A stretch of 64,000 nt of DNA from Eledone cirrhosa (GCA_964016885.1 OZ024750.1:37324001-37388000), one strand, 5' to 3'; shown: positions 1-13,231, numbered from the stretch's first letter. Numbers and translations: made by a program. Notes: generated by a model not told the origin, from the letters alone.

Positions 1-524
1 ATTTGAAAAAAAGGCGTTTATACATTTAGTTTCGACACGTTGAAAAATAAAAAATATATATCAATTTTCGAAAGAAAAAAAATTAATCTTTTTTGAAAAA
101 AAACAATTTTTCGAAATACTGTGTAAAATGATCAATTTGTGAAAAACAATATAATAATAAAATAATCCATTTTTTTATACTTTTCGAAATATTTACTTCT
201 GATTTCTAAAATTGATTTTTTTAGGTTTTTCACAAATTGATCATTTTACACAGTATTTCGAAAAATTGTTTTTTTTCAAAAAAATGCGTTTATACATTGT
301 GTTTCGACACGTTGAAAAATTTTTTAAAAACACAAAATATATATCAATTTTCGAAATCAGAAAGTATATATTTCAAAAGAAAAAAAATCAATCATTTTTA
401 AAAAAAAACAATTTTTCGAAATACTGTGTAAAATGATCAATTTGTGAAAAACCTAAAATAATCAATTTTTTTATACCTTTCTTAATATTTACTTCTGATT
501 TCTAAAATTGATATTTTTTAGGTT
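1..524. repeat. AT-rich tandem satellite, left flank (about 2 monomers), same family as 13865-64000
   Basis: Same motifs as the main array (TTTCGACACGTTGAAAA; AAATACTGTGTAAAATGATCAATTTGTGAAAAACCTAAAA). Nearly identical to about 18467-18990. Ends at ...TTTTTTAGGTT (524). Confidence 0.97.
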
Positions 525-1088
525 GAGTTAAAGTTTGATTTATGATCTTTCAGGTTGAAGTGTGGTCTTTTCAATGCCAAAAGTTCAGTTCTATCTTCAA
601 TATTTAGTTTATTCACTATGTTGTGTGTTTTGTTGTTGATGTTGGTGAGTGACGCATTATTAGTTTTTCTATAATTTTTCCTGAGTTCTTTATATATGAA
701 CTCATTATAATTTTCAATATCCATGTGATATAAGTTTCCAGTTTTGTCCGAGTGGACATGGATTTTTTTAGACTTTTTTAGGTCCAATAGGGTAGAATCA
801 AGGTCCTTTTGAAAGATAGATTTATACTTCTTAAATTTGAGGTGTTTAATTAAATTAAAAAGGTCTTTCTCAAAGTCTTCAAGTAGAGAGTTGTGTGGTG
901 GATTCTTGTAAGTAGTGAAATCATACATATTTCCTATCTGCATATTTAGATTTTTTATCGAAGTGGTAGGCCCTCCATCTAACTCTTCTGATAAATTGGT
1001 TAGTTTTCTGTATCATAAGGAGTAAGAAGTCATCCTTAGAAGGTATTGGTATATTCTTTAAAGAAGTTCCCAAGTATTGTTTTTCCAT
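525..1088 (-). pseudogene. N-terminal fragment of the PLE ORF (3' tail copy), frameshifted and cut off by the satellite junction
   Basis: ORFs 921-1109 and 518-943 join across a 2-bp loss near 930 relative to the copy at about 6140. ATG of MEKQYLGTSLKNIPIPSK at 1088. Confidence 0.9.
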
Positions 1089-1437
1089 TGTGATATGGAT
1101 AATGGACAAGAGAAAGAGCTCAACTAAATGTATATGGAGTTATAAAATCATACATATATATGTATATACATAAATATAAAATTAACACACATATACAATA
1201 CAAAAATAAGAATATTTCCGTGAAAATAGGAGCAAATTATGTAGATAAATCTACCAAAAGTTTACGGTAGTGTCCAATCCGTATGAAGAACTCAATGTAA
1301 TCCGGATATTATGGAAAGAAGAGATGCATTCAAAAATCACTTTCGGTGAAAGATAAACGGAATACAGAGTCAAGATAAAATATTAAAAAAATAATGAATA
1401 AAACAATGAAACAGTTCCTTATATTAAACAAAAAAAG

Positions 1438-1580
1438 TTCATTATTTAACGATCGTTTCTAGGACATATATGTGTTAGAATTGGCATGCATATTCAAAAG
1501 ATCGATGTACAAACTTATACAAACTATCAAAGAGAATATACATACCATTACATATATATGCTGTCTTCAAAAATAATGAA
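1438..1580 (-). ncRNA. Variant or degenerate type I hammerhead ribozyme in the PLE 5' UTR (copy 1)
   Basis: Minus strand reads TTCATTATTT (stem I, 10 bp) - TTGAAGA - long stem II (CAGCATATATATG...CACATATATGTCCTA) - GAAAC-GATC-GTT - AAATAATGAA (stem I'). The stem III loop GATC is palindromic, as in minimal PLE hammerheads. There is a C.A mismatch at the base of stem II. Confidence 0.65.
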
Positions 1581-1825
1581 GTATATTTATTGATAACAAC
1601 AATTCAAAATTACAGGTCTGTTTGGGAACAGATTTTAAATAGACCAATGAAATACATAAAAATTAATCAAGAAAATACAGTTAGGTGTGTGTATATATGT
1701 AAGTAACTTCGTTCACAGATATGCATAAAAATGTATGTTCATATGCATACGCATGTCGAAAAAGTGTATGTAAATACAAAAATTCAGGGCTAATGTCTCT
1801 GTATGTTTATAATCCACAGACAAAA

Positions 1826-2362
1826 TATACATACATATACATATACATATACACACATATATACACACATATACATACATTCATACACACACACGCATAT
1901 ACACATAAACACACACATACCTACGAACACACACACATATATACACACACACACACACACATACGTATATATTATTATTATAACTATATGGATATTGAGG
2001 CGCACACATAAACACGGCCACGCACACTTACATCTAGATGCAGAATTAAAAGGAGGTAAGGGAGTAAGTAATTAAGGAGGGTGTCAGACTCAGCATATTT
2101 ATAAAAATGTATCTATAAATTTAGAAATAAAAAGAAATATAATAAAAGAAATATAATAAAAACATAAAAAACATAAAAGAGAGACATAAAATATACATGC
2201 ATTATACGCACATTTACACATCCATACGTTCGATACATACATACGTACACACACACACATACACATAGTTAACCTCACGCATATTAACCTGTTTGTATGC
2301 ATATACATAAAAACAAGTAAAACATATATTCATACATATAAATACACACCGATATATATATA

Positions 2363-2422
<60 letters not shown>

Positions 2423-2426
2423 CACA

Positions 2427-2468
<42 letters not shown>

Positions 2469-2532
2469 CACATACGCACAACACACATATATACATATAT
2501 GTACACACACATACACACATACATACACATAC

Positions 2533-2565
<33 letters not shown>

Positions 2566-2702
2566 CATATATATATAAACACATATATATACACACACAC
2601 ATACATATACGTATATATACATACACACACATACCCATGTATATATACACACAACCACACACTCACACACACTCAGACATACATAAATATAGAGACATAC
2701 AT

Positions 2703-2800
<98 letters not shown>

Positions 2801-3015
2801 ATAAATACACACAGTCAGACAATTATGCACATATATACACCTACATACACATATCTCTACAAATACATATACATACACATACATACATACACATATATAT
2901 ACATATATATATATATAGACAGTCATACACACTTATTTACATGCGCACATATGTATTTTTATACTCACATACAAACACACAAACATACATACATACTTAC
3001 ATACACATACATACA
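1826..3015. repeat. Compound (TA)n/(CA)n/(TACA)n microsatellite with short unique spacers, internal to the PLE unit
   Basis: Direct reading. Homologous to 7043-8157 plus 8946-9060, with different tract lengths. Confidence 0.95.
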
Positions 3016-3199
3016 TCCACGCTTACAAATACGAATAATTATGGGGGGGGGAGATTCAAATTATTAGTGGGAAATAGTAAATATAGGTTTCAAGGAACAT
3101 AGAATATTAATCTGCATTTAAATCATAATATGTGTTTACATAGTAGTGTCAGTATTAGGAAATGATATTTGTAAGAAAGAAGGCTAAATTATGCATTTT

Positions 3200-4035
3200 A
3201 ATATAAGTAGACTATTAATTATAGGTTAATTAAAGTAAAAATAGTTAATATATTAATTTCTAAGGTGTATACTACTTAGGTTTATAATATTTAAATCGGA
3301 ATTTTGAAGTTAAACAGTAGTAGAGTATTAATTATAGCATAACTAAATTAAAAATATTAACATGATGGTATCAATTTTAGGAAATGAATTCATCGGTAGT
3401 AGAATATTAATTATAGGTTAACTAAATTAAAAATTATATATTAATTTCTATAGTATATGTTAATTAGGTTTATAATAATTAAAGCAAAATTTTGTATTTT
3501 ATCTATAGTAGAATATAATTATAGGTTAACTAAATTAAAATTAATCTATATATTTATTTGTAAAGAATATATTAATTAGGTATATATTTAAAAGTTTTTC
3601 TCAGTTTATGATTACATGATATTCTGCAATCCATCTGTATTAGAATTTTAATTTTAAGCTAACTAAATTAAAATTATAGGTTAACTAAATTAAAATTAAT
3701 TTATAAATTAATTTCTAAATTGTATATTAATTAGGTTTGTAATATTAAAAAGTATTTCTCTGTTATTGATTACACGATATTTTGTTATATTTCATCTGGA
3801 AAGGAATTTTAATAAAAGGTTAAATAAACTAAAATTAATCTATATATTAATTTCCAAAGTATATATTAATTATGTTAATAATATTTAAAAGTTTATGATT
3901 ACACGATATTTAATTAAATTAAAATTATATGTTAACTACATTTAAATTAATTTATATATTAATTTCTAAAATATATATTATTAATTAGGTTTATAATATT
4001 TAAATGTTTTTCTCAGTTTATGATTACACGATATA
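3200..4035 (-). repeat. Degenerate tandem sub-repeats (about 100-160 bp) in the PLE 3' UTR, overlapping the ORF end
   Basis: TTATAGGTTAACTAAATTAAAA-like motif at about 3220, 3330, 3411, 3519 and 3674. GTTTATGATTACACGATAT-like motif at about 3604, 3763, 3891 and 4016. Confidence 0.8.
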
Positions 4036-6302
4036 ATTAATTCCTGTCCTTAGATTTCATTATTCTTGGGAACACAATCTACATTCATTTCTATTATTTT
4101 TCATAAGGGGTGGCTCTTTTGAGCACACTCCAGGTCATATCATATTCTATATTCTTATTTCTATAACTATTAATTTTTTCTGCTAGAGATGTTGTATTAG
4201 CCAGTGCGGCATTTTTAAAACTATGTTTGTGGGTATTAAACCTTACCTTAAAATTGTTAGAAGTAGCTCCTATATATGAGCAAATAGAATCTTTAGTTTT
4301 AACTTTACATTTATAAACTATGTTGTTAACAAGACAATTTCCTTTTAATGGGCAGTTTGCTTTGTTTCTACCTTTCGTTAATTCTGTATTTGAGGAGATA
4401 TTATGGTTAGTTTGATGTATTGGTGGTATACTTATGGTTTTTTACATTTATATGCATTTATAGGCACTTATATTTTGTTTTATGTTTTTGGTTGTTGAGT
4501 ATGAGAATTTAACTGTTGATCTATTTAAGATTTGACGGTATTTGTGGTTTGGCGGGAAGTTTTTCTCTAGGATATTAAAAAAATTTTTAGCAATATTATC
4601 CTTAATTTGTAAATTAAATGGAGCATTATACCAAGTAACTCGTCTATTACGGTTTCTATGTTGTTTATTGTTTTTATAGGATGCATGTTTACTAGGAGGA
4701 TTAATGCTAATGACCTCACCACGCGCATTTTAGTTAGATTTATTGATTTAGGTGTTTCAGCTTGTTTATTAGGAGTTTTATTATTAACATTTATTAGAGT
4801 TGTATGATGAGTAGTTTTTTGAGAGTTACTATACTTTATATTAGTTAGAGAAATTTGGTTTTATGTTGGTATTTTGGGGTATAGTGTGAGTGGCATTTAG
4901 GTGTGTACTTTTCATTTGGTGTTTGTTGGTAATATTAGGTTGTATGTTTATAGTGTTATTAGTAGAAGGTATATATTCCAATCTATTTTTGTGGCCACTT
5001 CTATCTAGAGCTTCGTTATAGAAGGTCGCATTTTTATCAAATACATCTTGTTTAGACGAAAGGTTAGAAATTCTAAGTGATATATTATATGCAAGGTTTT
5101 TAAGGATAGATTTAGGGTGATTAGATTGTGAGTGTATGTAGTGTAAGTTTTGGTTGGGTTTATGGTAAGGTTGGTAGATACCCGTAGCTAAGTCTAAAGT
5201 TATATCTAGGAAATCACTACTTTACTTGTGTTTTCAAAAGTAATATGAAGACTATAATAGTCTTTAAGGAAATTTCTAATAAGCTTTTTGTTTTTTTCTA
5301 TTTCTGAGAGGCTAAGGTTGTTGGAAAGAAGAAGACAGTCATCACGATATAAACCACCTTTAAGGTGGGGAAAGGAAGCATTTATGTTAAAAAGATCAGT
5401 AATTTGGGCAGAATCGCTTGAACCCATAGTAATATCAAATAGATTACTATATGTGTTTCTGGTCCAGTATTCATTCTGAAATTCAATAAGTGTTAGTCTA
5501 GCGTGTGTAATAATATTAATGTCATCCAAAGTTAAGTTAGATCTATTTTTAGCAAATATCAAAGCTTTGTTCAGGAGTATAGGTGATATAGAAGAATAGT
5601 AATTATCTATATCAAATTGTAGAAATGAAGCAGAAGATTTACATCTAATATTTTTAAACCAGTTAATTACCTGGGAAGTGTTTTCCCAGAGTGGTAAATT
5701 AACATGTTTTCTTATTTGTGGGATGGCTCTATCCAAAATTTTTTTGCTGATTATTCCAATATCAGATTTGGAGGGACATATAAGTCTTATAGAAGGATTT
5801 GAGTTAAAGTTTGATTTAGTTTATTCACTATGTTGTGTGTTTTGTTGTTGATGCTGGTGAGTGACGCATTATTAGTTTTTCTATAATTTTTCCTGAGTTC
5901 TTTATATATGAACTCATTATAATTTTCAATATCCATGTGATATAAGTTTCCAGTTTTGTCCGAGTGGACATGGATTTTTTTAGACTTTTTTAGGTCCAAT
6001 AGGGTAGAATCAAGGTCCTTTTGAAAGATAGATTTATACTTCTTAAATTTGAGGTGTTTAATTAAATTAAAAAGGTCTTTCTCAAAGTCTTCAAGTAGAG
6101 AGTTGTGTGGTGGATTCTTGTAAGTAGTGAAATCATACATATATTTCCTATGTGCATATTTAGATTTTTTATCGAAGTGGTAGGCCCTCCATCTAACTCT
6201 TCTGATAAATTGGTTAGTTTTCTGTATCATAAGGAGTAAGAAGTCATCCTTAGAAGGTATTGGTATATTCTTTAAAGAAGTTCCCAAGTATTGTTTTTCC
6301 AT
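3981..6302 (-). pseudogene. Full-length but disrupted PLE ORF: N-terminal domain, reverse transcriptase, linker, GIY-YIG endonuclease
   Basis: ORF pieces 5787-6323 and 5206-5736 carry RT motifs A, B' and C (YRDD). Deletion of about 70 bp at 5815 versus copy 1, frameshift near 5215, 9-bp deletion removing CNC at 4370, and small deletions near 4047-4065. Stop at 3981-3983 by homology to 10064. Confidence 0.92.
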
Positions 6303-6651
6303 TGTGATATGGATAATGGACAAGAGAAAGAGCTCAACTAAATGTATATGGAGTTATAAAATCATACATATATATGTATATACATAAATATAAAATTAAC
6401 ACACATATACAATACAAAAATAAGAATATTTCCGTGAAAATAGGAGCAAATTATGTAGATAAATCTACCAAAAGTTTACGGTAGTGTCCAATCCGTATGA
6501 AGAACTCAATGTAATCCGGATATCATGGAAAGAAGAGATGCATTCAAAAATCACTTTCGGTGAAAGATAAACGGAATACAGAGTCAAGATAAAATATTAA
6601 AAAAATAATGAATAAAACAATGAAACAGTTCCTTATATTAAACAAAAAAAG

Positions 6652-6794
6652 TTCATTATTTAACGATCGTTTCTAGGACATATATGTGTTAGAATTGGCA
6701 TGCATATTCAAAAGATCGATGTACAAAATTATACAAACTATCAAAGAGAATATACATACCATCACATATATATGCTGTCTTCAAAAATAATGAA
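6652..6794 (-). ncRNA. Variant or degenerate type I hammerhead ribozyme in the PLE 5' UTR (copy 2)
   Basis: Same architecture as 1438-1580. Here stem II has an 11-bp helix ATATATATGTG/CACATATATGT. Lies about 350 nt upstream of the ORF start, on the ORF strand. Confidence 0.68.
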
Positions 6795-7042
6795 GTATAT
6801 TTATTGATAATAACAACAATTCAAAATTACAGCTCTGTTTGGGAACAGATTTTAAATAGACCAATGAAATACATAAAAATTTATCAAGAAAATACAGTTA
6901 GGTGTGTGTATATATGTAAGTAACTTCGTTCACAGATATGCATAAAAATGTATGTTCACATGCATACGCATGTCGAAAAAGTGTATGTAAATACAAAAAT
7001 TCAGGGCTAATGTCTCTGTATGTTTATAATCCACAGACAAAA

Positions 7043-8157
<1,115 letters not shown>

Positions 8158-8192
8158 TGTAGACGCGTTCTTGAGACTAGTAAAATGAGGTA

Positions 8193-8280
8193 TCCTCTTG
8201 ATAAGTCGGCAGACCTCGCAAGGACTCTATATCTTTGATATATTGCTTTTGTTTATGCCACGAAACTACGTAGTCGAGGA
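8193..8280 (+). ncRNA. Type I hammerhead ribozyme, U3-A8 core variant; predicted cleavage after GUC at 8275
   Basis: TCCTC (stem I) - TTGATAA - stem II GT(C)GGCA...TGCCAC, extended by GCAA/TTGC and TATATC/GATATA - GAAAC-TACGTA-GTC - GAGGA (stem I'). Stem III ACTACGTAGT is palindromic. Confidence 0.88.
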
Positions 8281-8783
8281 ATTTAGGAGCAGTTTAGGTA
8301 TGATACATTTTATTACTAATTATATCTAAATGTTTCTTCTCTCTTCATAATGTATTTTTAACTCTGATACTGGTTCAGTCTGGTTCAAACTGAATTGGTC
8401 TGTCCCAGTCATTCATTGAGCAACATCGGTGAAGTTGGCACCCTTAACTCACAGTTGGGTGCGGATGCATTCATGTATATATGTGTGTGTCCGCATGTAT
8501 CTGTGTGTTTATAAATATATTAATAACTCCCTCTGGTCGAGCAATCTTTGAGGTGTGGGGACAACTGGAAAGCTTCCATTACTCATACTTCTCGCCTTCT
8601 TCACTACCTCTTCTACGGCCTCGATATGAATACCCCCTCCGCCTCCGTGGTATTTTCTTCGTGGTTATAAGAGGCTTAGCTCTGTTTCTCGACCGTTATA
8701 TCGCGTGACTATCTCCCCCTCCGCCTTTTGGGATTCTTTCTCACGTCGTGTAGACGCGTTCTTGAGACTAGTAAAATGAGGTA

Positions 8784-8871
8784 TCCTCTTGATAAGTCGG
8801 CAGACCTCGCAAGGACTCTATATCTTTGATATATTGTTTTTGTTTATGCCACGAAACTACGTAGTCGAGGA
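8784..8871 (+). ncRNA. Type I hammerhead ribozyme, U3-A8 core variant (second copy); predicted cleavage after 8866
   Basis: Identical to 8193-8280 except one C>T in distal stem II. Offset 591. Confidence 0.88.
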
Positions 8872-9259
8872 ATTTAGGAGCAGTTTAGGTATGATACATT
8901 TTATTACTAATTATATCTAAATGTTTCTTCTCTCTTCATAATGTACATATATATATATATAGACACTCATACACACTTATTTACATGCGCACATATGTAT
9001 TTTTATACTCACATACAAACACACAAACATACATACATACTTACATACACATACATACATCCACGCTTACAAATACGAATAATTATGGGGGGGAGGGGGG
9101 ATTAAAATTATTAGTGGGAAATAGTAAATATAGGTTTCAAGGAACATAGAATATTAATCTGCATGTAAATGATAATATGTGTTTACATAGTAGTGTCAGT
9201 ATTAGGAAATGATATTTGTAAGAAAGAAGGCTAAATTATGCATTTTAATATAAGTAGAC

Positions 9260-10115
9260 TATTAATTATAGGTTAATTAAAGTAAAAATAGTTAATATAT
9301 TAATTTCTAAGGTGTATACTACTTAGGTTTATAATATTTAAATCGGAATTTTGAAGTTAAACAGTAGTAGAGTATTAATTATAGCATAACTAAGTTAAAA
9401 ATATTAACATGATGGTATCAATTTTAGGAAATGAATTCATCGGTAGTAGAATATTAATTATAGGTTAACTAAATTAAAAATTATATATTAATTTCTATAG
9501 TATATGTTAATTAGGTTTATAATAATTAAAGCAAAATTTTGTATTTTATCTATAGTAGAATATAATTATAGGTTAACTAAATTAAAATTAATCTATATAT
9601 TTATTTGTAAAGAATATATTAATTAGGTATATATTTAAAAGTTTTTCTCAGTTTATGATTACATGATATTCTGCAATCCATCTGTATTAGAATTTTAATT
9701 TTAAGCTAACTAAATTAAAATTATAGGTTAACTAAATTAAAATTAATTTATAAATTAATTTCTAAATTGTATATTAATTAGGTTTGTAATATTAAAAAGT
9801 ATTTCTCTGTTATTGATTACACGATATTTTGTTATATAGATTAATTTTAGTTTATTTAACCTTTTATTAAAATTCCTTTACAGATGAAATATATTAATTT
9901 CCAAAGTATATATTAATTATGTTAATAATATTTAAAAGTTTTTCACAGTTTATGATTACACGATATTTTTTAATTTCATCTGTAGCAGAATTTTAATTAA
10001 ATTAAAATTATATCTTAACTACATTTAAATTAATTTATATATTAATTTCTAAAATATATATTATTAATTAGGTTTATAATATTTAAATGTTTTTCTCAGT
10101 TTATGATTACACGAT
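9260..10115 (-). repeat. Degenerate 3' UTR sub-repeats of the upstream PLE copy
   Basis: Homologous to 3200-4035. Includes an inversion of about 60 bp at 9833-9892. Confidence 0.8.
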
Positions 10116-11649
10116 ATAATTAATTCCTGTCGCTTATTTAATAGGATATCCTTAGAATTCATTATTTCAAATAGTTCTTGGGAACACAATCTACATTCAT
10201 TTCTATTATTTTGATAAGGGGTGGCTCTTTTGAGCACACTCCAGGTCATATCATATTCTATATTCTTATTTCTATAACTATTAATTTTTTCTGCTAGAGA
10301 TGTTGTATTAGCCAGTGCGGCATTTTTAAAACTATGTTTGTGGGTATTAAACCTTACCTTAAAATTGTTAGAAGTAGCTCCTATATATGAGCAAATAGAA
10401 TCTTTAGTTTTAACTTTACATTTATAAACTATGTTGTTAACAAGACAATTTCCTTTTAATGGGCAGTTTGCTTTGTTTCTACAGTTACAACCTTTCGTTA
10501 ATTCTGTATTTGAGGAAATATTATGGTTAGTTTGATGTATTGGTGGTATACTTATGGTTTTTTTACATTTATATGCATTATAGGCACTTATATTTTGTTT
10601 TATGTTTTTGGTTGTTGAGTATGAGAATTTAACTGTTGATCTATTTAAGATTTGATGGTATTTGTGGTTTGGCGGGAAGTATTTCTCTAGGATATTAAAA
10701 TTTTTTTTAGCAATATCATCCTTAATTTGTAAATTAAATGGAGCATTATACCAAGTAACTCGTCTATTACGGTTTCTATGTTGTTTATTGTTTTTATAGG
10801 ATGCATGTTTACTAGGAGGATTAATATTAATGACCTCACCACGCGCATTTTTAGTTAGATTTATTGATTTAGGTGTTATTATTAACATTTATTAGAGTTG
10901 TATGATGAGTAGTTTTTTGAGAGTTACTATACTTTATATTAGAGGAGTTAGAGAAATTTGGTTTTATGTTGGTATTTTGGGGTATAGTGTGAGTGGCATT
11001 TAGGTGTGTACTTTTCATTTGGTGTTTGTTGGTAATATTAGGTTGTATGTTTATAGTGTTATTAGTAGAAGGTATATATTCCAATCTATTTTTGTGGCCA
11101 CTTCTATCTAGAGCTTCGTTATAGAAGGTCGCATTTTTATCAAATACATCTTGGTTAGACGAAAGGTGGCTAGAAATTCTAAGTGATATATTATATGCAA
11201 GGTTTTTAAGGATAGATTTAGGGTGATTAGATTGTGAGTGTATGTAGTGTAAGTTTTGGTTGGGTTTATGGTAAGGTTGGTAGATACCCGTAGCTAAGTC
11301 TAAAGTTATATCTAGGAAATTAACTACTTTACTTGTGTTTTCAAAAGTAATATGAAGACTATAATAGTCTTTAAGGAAAGTTCTAAGCTTTTCTATTTCT
11401 GAGAGGCTAAGGTTGTTGGAAAGAAGAAGACAGTCATCACGATATAAACCACCTTTAAGGTGGGGAAAGGAAGCATTTATGTTAAAAAGATCAGTAATTT
11501 AGGCAGAATCGCTTGAACCCATAGTAATATCAAATAGATTACTATATGTGTTTCTGGTCCAGTATTCATTCTGAAATTCAATAAGTGTTAGTCTAGCATG
11601 TGTAATAATATTAATGTCATCCAAAGTTAAGTTAGATCTATTTTTAGCA
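10064..11649 (-). pseudogene. 5'-truncated PLE ORF: C-terminal half of the RT (frameshifted) and an open GIY-YIG endonuclease region (10064-10888)
   Basis: ORF 10064-10888 reads VTWYNAPFN...TVKFSYST...CNCR...CPLKGNCL..IVY...SYIGATSNNFKVRFNTHKHSF...CRLC..E...[20 protein letters not shown] and YRDD at about 11430-11530. Truncated by (TA)n at 11649. Confidence 0.92.
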
Positions 11650-12266
<617 letters not shown>

Positions 12267-12324
12267 AACTAGTATTGAGTACCTCACTTACTGTGGTTAT
12301 CCCCGACTCAACCCGGGACCTACG

Positions 12325-12525
<201 letters not shown>

Positions 12526-12530
<5 letters not shown>

Positions 12531-13231
12531 TAAATTAGCGAGAATCGTTTTCAGCTCAGGAATTAACGAAAATCAACGTCCGATATGTGTGGCAAGCGCT
12601 CGATGAATCATATGAATCAGAGCTACAACATACGTTAAGGGCCAAACACACTGAGATGATGGTTAAACAGATCATCCGCACAATCAAAATCAAAACGACC
12701 AAGTAATTCGGGTCAAACAATAAAAATATATGTGTTGATACTTTCCCGGACCCTGGACTGATGGTAAAATCCAGTATTGGTTTCTGCGACTCCAAATCAG
12801 GTACTGTCCGCCTACATAAAGAATGTTGGGCTTCTGGTGAGATGATGAACAAGGCAGTCGTGGTTTCAACGGGTTTTGCTCCAATATGCTATAGATAGTG
12901 TAGCTATTACTGACCCCTCGTGGGATTCAGCAAGGGAGGTAACACCTCTATTAAGCGAATGATTCAGTTGTGTATTATTGCGAGAATGCAAAATATCACA
13001 AATCGAATTAAAGCTCTCAACAGAATGGTTAAATATAACAGAGCCATTCAACAGTCAATATATGTAACTGAAAAAAATCAATAAAATTAACTGCTCAATA
13101 GCTAGACTCTGGAGATTAATACAAATATAAATTAGCGAGAATCGTTTTCAGCTCAGGAATTAACGAAAATCAACGTCCGATATGTGTGGCAAGCGCTCGA
13201 TGAATCATATGAATCAGAGCTACAACATACG

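Larger units (their letters stand above)
8158..8945 (+). mobile_element. Non-autonomous hammerhead-bearing retroelement (retrozyme-like or non-autonomous PLE): 591-bp unit with 197-bp terminal direct repeats, inserted in (TA)n
   Basis: 8158-8354 equals 8749-8945 with one substitution. Absent from the homologous site at about 2900-2920. More GC-rich than the flanks. Each repeat holds a hammerhead. Confidence 0.88.

Noticed and set aside
1721-3067. His/Thr/Tyr/Ile/Cys/Val-rich ORFs (also 6938-8128 and 11499-13396)
   Set aside because: Translations of TA/CA microsatellites that lack stop codons; not genes.
8481-8708. 75-aa ORF in the 591-bp element, and 61-98 aa ORFs at 12556-13051
   Set aside because: Short, no recognisable motifs, expected by chance. 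The regions look like structured RNA.
8158-8945. TRIM or LTR retrotransposon interpretation (the repeat starts with TG)
   Set aside because: The shared repeat ends in TGTA rather than CA, there is no clear PBS or PPT, and any TSD is unresolvable within (TA)n. Type I hammerheads fit a PLE or retrozyme better.
9086-9100. G-run (also 3043-3051) as a G-quadruplex
   Set aside because: Too short and variable between copies to support a claim.
10064-10888. Selenoprotein-type Naiad (in-frame UGA at conserved Cys plus SECIS)
   Set aside because: The conserved Cys positions of the endonuclease region read as ordinary Cys in an open frame, and I saw no convincing SECIS.
12905-12970. HDV-like ribozyme hint (CCCCTCGTGGG...GG-GAGGTAACACCTC...GCGAAT)
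   Set aside because: I could not build consistent P1 and P2 helices by eye. Left to a covariance search.
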